Shown piece by piece: positions 58,870-64,000 of a stretch of DNA of 64,000 nt. This DNA comes from an uncultured Bacilli bacterium (GTDB taxonomy: Bacteria > Bacillota_I > Bacilli_A > RF39 > UBA660), in the NCBI GenBank assembly GCA_934086935.1, contig CAKOIQ010000002.1, forward strand, positions 4,736 to 68,735, given 5' to 3'. The position numbers were made by a program, and so were the translations under genes. A model generated the notes under the pieces. The model was not told where the DNA came from, ran no database searches, and saw nothing but the letters and a program-made list of their open reading frames with translations. Each line of letters opens with the position of its first letter. The stretch's first letter is position 1.

Positions 58870-59585
58870 TTTGCCATATCCTCCTTCTCTTTGGTAGCAG
58901 TAATTATTAAGTAATTACCTCCATCCTTTAATAAACATGTTTGAAGAATTAATATATCTTCATCCATTGTTATGGCCTTTCTTGTATCATAGATAGCACC
59001 TTTTTTTAAATTTGAAATATGCTCATTCCATGATGATTTATTAACATCTATTTTCATGTGTTCATCTGATTTAGTTCGATTTACAATTTGAATTTTGTAC
59101 TTACTTATACCAGATGAAGTTGTTAGATATATTTCATCATTGTTTTTAGTAAATTCTGAATCTTTATATTTAACTAAATCTTTAAATGGAACATCATATT
59201 TATTTGAATTGTGTCCGTAGATATTTATTTGTTTATCATTAAAAGTATTACGATAATCCATGAAAATAGCACCTAATTTACTCTTTTCTCTCTTTATGGT
59301 ATGAGATAAATAATAAGTATTATTAGTGGTTTGAACAAAGGCATGATTGATATCTGTACCTGGGATTCTTATAGTTCCAATTATGTCATTATTTTGATAT
59401 TCACTTTTTAAATTATTGATTATTTCTTCTGGGGTTTCTTTTTTGGTTGTAATAACTGCCCCTTCTAATGCAATTAGTTCTTGCTTTTGATCATCTTTAT
59501 AATCACCATAAATTTGATATGATGAATATATAAAAGTAAATAGGCATAAAATTATTAGTAAATAATATACTATTTTATTTTTCAT
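58866..59585 (-). CDS. srtB: Class B sortase
   Basis: 239 aa with an N-terminal membrane anchor, a His region (IYGHN) and catalytic Cys in DILILQTCLL (TLxTC motif). It is immediately upstream of the sorting-signal protein. Confidence 0.75.
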   Translation of the reverse strand: MKNKIVYYLLIILCLFTFIYSSYQIYGDYKDDQKQELIALEGAVITTKKETPEEIINNLKSEYQNNDIIGTIRIPGTDINHAFVQTTNNTYYLSHTIKREKSKLGAIFMDYRNTFNDKQINIYGHNSNKYDVPFKDLVKYKDSEFTKNNDEIYLTTSSGISKYKIQIVNRTKSDEHMKIDVNKSSWNEHISNLKKGAIYDTRKAITMDEDILILQTCLLKDGGNYLIITATKEKEDMAK

Positions 59586-59712
59586 ATAAGTACCCCCTAT
59601 ACTTAATATGATTATGCGTTTGTGGTTAGTTATACTATACTAATTTTAATTTTTTGTCAACAAATATCGACTTTTTGCACGATTATAAGCATAAAAAAAG
59701 TGCTTGATGCAC

Positions 59713-60399
59713 TTATTTTAATTTTTTGAAATAATTCTCATAAATTTTACTTAATTCAGACTTTTCTTTTTCATTCATTTGAGTGAAACCATTACCGTTA
59801 GCTCTTTCTTGGAATGCTGGGAATGATTCGTAAGTTCCAACTACTTTGCCATCTTTTACAAAGATTACTAAAGGAACATAAATTCTTTTAATATCTTTAT
59901 TTTTTAAGCCTTCGTATTCTCTCAAATTATCCTTTAATAAATCAACTAATTTTAAGTAGTCTTCAGTTCCTTCTTTTTCAGTTTTAATTTTACCTTTTTT
60001 AGTTAAAGATAGGACATTCCGATCATCTTTAATGTTTAAGTAATAGATTGTTTTAACTTTTGATTTTAAAGCAGTATCTATTAAAACAGGAACAATATTA
60101 CGACACCAAGGACATTCTGGAAAACCTAAATAGATAATACCAGTACCATTATCTAATATTTTAAAGATTTCTTCATATGATGAATATTTAATAGGATTAT
60201 TTTTAGGAATATCTAAACTTGAATAAGTTAACTCATCTGATATTTTTTTACCATTTACACTTTCGTAGTCTTCTTTAAATTTTAATGAGTCTTCAGTAAC
60301 TAGTTCTTTGTTTTTATTATTTATGATAAAGAATGTTAGTAAGCCTCCAAATAAAAGTAATATTAATATTAAGATAATTATTTTTGTTTTCTTTTTCAT
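59713..60399 (-). CDS. Membrane-anchored thioredoxin-fold thiol-disulfide oxidoreductase (CPWC)
   Basis: 228 aa with an N-terminal TM and a thioredoxin-like domain with active site FPECPWCRN. Confidence 0.6.
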   Translation of the reverse strand: MKKKTKIIILILILLLFGGLLTFFIINNKNKELVTEDSLKFKEDYESVNGKKISDELTYSSLDIPKNNPIKYSSYEEIFKILDNGTGIIYLGFPECPWCRNIVPVLIDTALKSKVKTIYYLNIKDDRNVLSLTKKGKIKTEKEGTEDYLKLVDLLKDNLREYEGLKNKDIKRIYVPLVIFVKDGKVVGTYESFPAFQERANGNGFTQMNEKEKSELSKIYENYFKKLK

Positions 60400-60480
60400 T
60401 TTGTTAATCCTTTCATATTAATATATTATAGTAATATTTACGATAAATCAATAAAAAAAAACTCAATTTGTGGTTGAGTT

Positions 60481-61350
60481 TTATTTTATTTGATTCATAA
60501 CTTCTTCAGCAAAATTGTCATTACGTTTTTCCATTCCTTCTCCAACTTCAAAACGAATCATTTTTTCAACTTTACCTCCGTTATTTTTAACATATGTTGC
60601 TACGTCGATGTCGCCATCTTTAATAAATGCTTGATGAACTAAGCAGATTTCTTTAAAGAATTTTTTAATTCTGCCTTCTACCATTTTTTCAGCTATTTCA
60701 GCAGGTTTTCCTTCATTAATAGCTTGTTCTTTAAAAATGTTTCTTTCTCTTTCAATTCTTTCTTCAGGAATTTCATCTTCTGTAACATATTCTGGTTTCA
60801 TAGCAGCTGCTTGCATAGCTACATCTTTAGCTACTTCGACACTTGCACCTTCTAATACTGTTAATACAGCAATTTTTCCACCCATATGTAAGTAAGAACC
60901 AAATGTTTCACTATCTGTTTTAGTAACTACTTCAATTCTTCTTAAAGATAATTTTTCACCAATTTTAGCTGTTTTAGCAACGATTAAATCATTAACTGTT
61001 CCTTCAGCTGTTGGTAAATTTAAAGCTTCTTCTACAGTAGTTGCATCTGATTTTAAGATAGCTTCCCCAATTGTATCTAACATAGATGTAAATTCTTCAT
61101 TTTTAGAAACGAAATCTGTTTCACTGTTAACTTCTAAGATAACAGCTTTATTACCATCAATATAAACGTTTGCTAATCCTTCTGCAGCAATTCTTGATTC
61201 TTTTTTGGCAGCTTTTGCAATACCTTTTTCTCTTAGGTAATCAATAGCAGCTTCCATATTTCCATTAGTTTCAGTTAAGGCTTTTTTGCAGTCCATCATT
61301 CCTGCACCGGTTTTTGCTCTTAATTCAGCAACACTTTTAGCATCTATCAT
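60481..61350 (-). CDS. tsf: Elongation factor Ts
   Basis: 289 aa with an N-terminal UBA-like domain (VAELRAKTGAGMMDCKKAL) and the EF-Ts dimerisation core. It is downstream of rpsB. Confidence 0.9.
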   Translation of the reverse strand: MIDAKSVAELRAKTGAGMMDCKKALTETNGNMEAAIDYLREKGIAKAAKKESRIAAEGLANVYIDGNKAVILEVNSETDFVSKNEEFTSMLDTIGEAILKSDATTVEEALNLPTAEGTVNDLIVAKTAKIGEKLSLRRIEVVTKTDSETFGSYLHMGGKIAVLTVLEGASVEVAKDVAMQAAAMKPEYVTEDEIPEERIERERNIFKEQAINEGKPAEIAEKMVEGRIKKFFKEICLVHQAFIKDGDIDVATYVKNNGGKVEKMIRFEVGEGMEKRNDNFAEEVMNQIK

Positions 61351-61364
61351 ATATATTCCTCCAA

Positions 61365-62297
61365 TTATTTTAATGCAGTTAATAATTCTTCTTTTTTCAT
61401 TGAAGAATAACCTTTAACACCACGTTTTTTAGCAATAGCTTTTAATTCTACTAAAGTTTTAATAGTTAAATCTTCATCTTCAACTGATTTTTCTTCTTTA
61501 ATAGCTTCTTTTGTTTCTTCTTTGTCTAAACTTTCAACAAATACTTCTTTTACGCTTTTAGCTTCTTTATGTTCCTTTTTAGGTTTTTCTTCTTCTGTAA
61601 CGTAATCTACAATTGGTAATCCTTTAGCTTCACAAATAGCATTAGTTAATACTCCTAAAACTACTTTAACACTTCTTACAGCATCATCATTACCAGGGAT
61701 TACAAAGTCTACATCATCTGGATCACAGTTTGTATCTACTAATCCGAATACTGGAATATTTAATTTTCTAGCTTCTCTAATAGCGTTGATTTCTTTTTTA
61801 GGATCAACAATAATTAAAGCGCTTGGTAATTTTTCCATATTACGGATTCCACATAATACTTTATTTAATTTGTCATATTCTTTTTTAAGTCCGATAACTT
61901 CTTTTTTAGGTAATACTTCAAATGTTCCATCAGCTTCCATTTTTTCGATTTCTTCTAATCTCTTAATTCTCTTTCTGATAGTTCTGAAGTTTGTAAGTGT
62001 TCCACCTAACCATCTTTCTACAACATAGAAAGATTCACTTCTTTCTGCTTCTTCTTTAGATGCTTCAACAGCTTGTTTTTTAGTTCCAACAAATAGGAAG
62101 CTTCCTCCATTTTCAGCAATTTTCTTAATTTCAGCATATGCAGTCTCAATGCATGATGCAGTTTTTTCTAGATCGATAATATAAATATCATCTCTAGATG
62201 TAAAGATGTATTCCTTCATTTTAGGATTCCATCTTTTTGTTTGATGTCCGAAATGAACACCTGCTTCTAATAAGTAACTCATAGAAACAACAGCCAT
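61365..62297 (-). CDS. rpsB: 30S ribosomal protein S2 with ~70-aa C-terminal extension ending in a Rho_N-like helix-hairpin motif
   Basis: [27 protein letters not shown]... is the S2 core. Its start is the ATG at 62297; the track's earlier start uses GTG. The tail is KE-rich and ends [34 protein letters not shown], resembling the Rho N-terminal motif. Confidence 0.85.
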   Translation of the reverse strand: MAVVSMSYLLEAGVHFGHQTKRWNPKMKEYIFTSRDDIYIIDLEKTASCIETAYAEIKKIAENGGSFLFVGTKKQAVEASKEEAERSESFYVVERWLGGTLTNFRTIRKRIKRLEEIEKMEADGTFEVLPKKEVIGLKKEYDKLNKVLCGIRNMEKLPSALIIVDPKKEINAIREARKLNIPVFGLVDTNCDPDDVDFVIPGNDDAVRSVKVVLGVLTNAICEAKGLPIVDYVTEEEKPKKEHKEAKSVKEVFVESLDKEETKEAIKEEKSVEDEDLTIKTLVELKAIAKKRGVKGYSSMKKEELLTALK

Positions 62298-62466
62298 AAT
62301 TCTCACAATCCTTTCGTTATTTACCCTTAAACGTCTTCTTTAATTACCAACACTTGGCCACTAGGCAACTAAATCAGTTTAAGTACATATTGGTTATAAA
62401 ACCTCCTATATATTAACAAATTTTATGAATTTGCGCAAGAATAATCACAAAAAAGAGCTTTAATTA

Positions 62467-62871
62467 AGCTACTTTTTAATTTTCTCGGCTTTAAAGATAA
62501 AGTCAATGTCTTGAATATTTAAATTTATTTTTTTGATATTGTAGTAAATTATTAAATCTTTAATGTTTTTTGTCACTTTTTCAATGTCATCTTTATTTAA
62601 ATCTTCTTCATTAATAGAAATATTTAATAAACGATATTTATCTTTAATAATTTTAGGAATATCTATTTCTTCACTGATAGCAATATTAGAAATAATATTT
62701 ATTTCACTACCAAATGCATATTCAAATAAGTTAGTGATATTTTGGTCAATATCTACGATTGTTAAATTATCTATTATTAATTTTGTTATTATAGAAGGAT
62801 ATTTCTAAAAGTTTAATAAGTTAGGAGTTGCAATTAATTCTGTATTATTTATAACTTGTAAATTGTTCATA
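62467..62871 (-). pseudogene. Small hypothetical gene with apparent frameshift (MNNLQVINNTELIATPNLLNF* then, in the +1 frame, KYPSIITKLIIDNLTIVDIDQNITNLFEYAFGSEINII... about 112 aa)
   Basis: A 21-codon ATG-initiated ORF ends at TAG at about 62806. An open frame without a start codon continues immediately to 62467. Confidence 0.3.
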
Positions 62872-62967
62872 TTAATCTCTCTCCTTTCTTTAAATAACTT
62901 ACACCAATAATGTAACATAATTATATTATTTTTAAGTCAGAAAATTATAGTTATATTAAGATAATTT

Positions 62968-63990
62968 TTAGGAATATTTTATTAGTTCTTCCATTAAAAT
63001 TGTTAGATAATTTCTTATTTCAGGATCAACATTTTTCATATTGGTATAGAAGTTTTTAATATCATTAAATGAGATGGAAGTAAAATCACTTGAATATTTT
63101 TTTTCAAAACTTTTAAAGCTTGTTTCAATGGTTTTTTTAAGTTTTTCTTTATCAAGGGTTTCTAGCCCATCTGAGGTATTTTTATGAAATTGTTTACTGA
63201 TAGTTGATAATTTGCCTTCAACGAAGTATTGACCAAATAGTTTCCATGAGGTTGGATAATGTTCGTCAAAAGCATATTCATTACTTGAAACAACTTTATA
63301 GTTATCATTATAAAGTATAGTTCCAATAACTGATCCGGTAGGAATGACATTTAAAAGTTTGGACTTTAGTCTTTTAAATTTTTTACTTTCATACTCTTGT
63401 TTTTTAAATCCTGGTCCATCAAAATTACAAACTTCTTTTATTTTATTAAATTTTGAATCAGATAGTTCCATAGCACTTGCCATTGCTAGATTACCACCTT
63501 TAGAGTGTCCAACTACATAAATATCTTTATCTATAAAAGTTATATTATCATTTAGATATTTAATGGCTAGATTTTGAGTATAGGTTGGATACTCATACAT
63601 AAGTCTAAAGTTTTCAAGCCAGCCAATTAAGGAACGATCCGTACCTTTAAAACTAATGATTTTTTCTTTATCAGTTTTGATGATACAAGCACCAAATTGA
63701 GAGTCTTCATTTTTAACATTAATAAAGTTAGAGATAGTGATATTTTTATATCTTTTACTAGTTTTAATTATGTTTAATATTTCAACTGCTTTAGTAGCAG
63801 TGAAACCACGAATATCCGTTTCATTTTTGGTAACATAATCAGATAACTCTTTTAAGCTTTTATTATCTTTAAATGATGGAACTGGTAAATAAACTATAAT
63901 GGCTGCCATTAAATTATCAATATTATTCCATTTAACTTCATTTAATGAAGCATTACTATAAAATTTTAAGTAATCAATTATTGTATACAT
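62968..63990 (-). CDS. DUF2974 (Mbeg1-like) alpha/beta-hydrolase, putative lipase
   Basis: 340 aa with GHSKGGNLA (GxSxG nucleophile elbow in the lipase class 3-like fold), as in the Mbeg1-like family. Confidence 0.55.
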   Translation of the reverse strand: MYTIIDYLKFYSNASLNEVKWNNIDNLMAAIIVYLPVPSFKDNKSLKELSDYVTKNETDIRGFTATKAVEILNIIKTSKRYKNITISNFINVKNEDSQFGACIIKTDKEKIISFKGTDRSLIGWLENFRLMYEYPTYTQNLAIKYLNDNITFIDKDIYVVGHSKGGNLAMASAMELSDSKFNKIKEVCNFDGPGFKKQEYESKKFKRLKSKLLNVIPTGSVIGTILYNDNYKVVSSNEYAFDEHYPTSWKLFGQYFVEGKLSTISKQFHKNTSDGLETLDKEKLKKTIETSFKSFEKKYSSDFTSISFNDIKNFYTNMKNVDPEIRNYLTILMEELIKYS

Positions 63991-64000
63991 TAAAACACCT

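Noticed and set aside
1-64000. CRISPR arrays, rRNA operons, IS elements or transposases, integrases
   Set aside because: No regularly spaced direct repeats with unique spacers, no rRNA-like conserved stretches, and no transposase or integrase-like ORFs in any frame. The only tandem repeats are the coding DUF285 units.

Overview
This is a very AT-rich (roughly 25-28% GC) chromosomal segment from a low-GC Firmicute with Bacillus-like sporulation genes and local gene order. Nearly all genes are on the minus strand, densely packed with short gaps and clear hairpin terminators. Recognisable housekeeping genes are lon (5'-partial), pdp, rplS, psd, xseA/xseB, nusB, mutS, efp, rpmG, a class-B PBP, nfo, parC/gyrA-family, rpmA-prp-rplU, mreC/mreD, radC, proS, murB, valS, tsf, rpsB and a tRNA-His. 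Sporulation-associated genes are spoIVB, spoIVFA/spoIVFB, ylbJ, ylbL, a ylbD/ylbE-like pair and a SpoVE-like SEDS protein. Accessory content includes (1) a Tad/Flp-type pilus locus (tadE x2, tadZ, cpaF, tadB, tadC) co-oriented with a SEDS gene and a type-IV-pilin-like gene, plus a separate type IV pilin and an orphan PilB-like ATPase. (2) A class B sortase with a frameshifted substrate gene carrying a KPYTG-type sorting signal. (3) A family of secreted proteins with a TasA/SipW-cognate-like signal motif (G-S-Y-A-Y-F). One is a 983-aa DUF285-repeat surface protein whose 3' end is repeated at DNA level in two other loci, one internally deleted and one decayed. (4) Most unusual, a cluster (about 42.5-52.9 kb) in which a sigma-70 protein with a ~265-aa C-terminal extension is co-transcribed with a degenerate sigma paralog. 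Two small proteins next to proS carry the same recurring region-4-helix-like motif, and nearby are a 693-aa orphan protein and an XRE-type membrane regulator. I found no rRNA, CRISPR array or obvious transposase.
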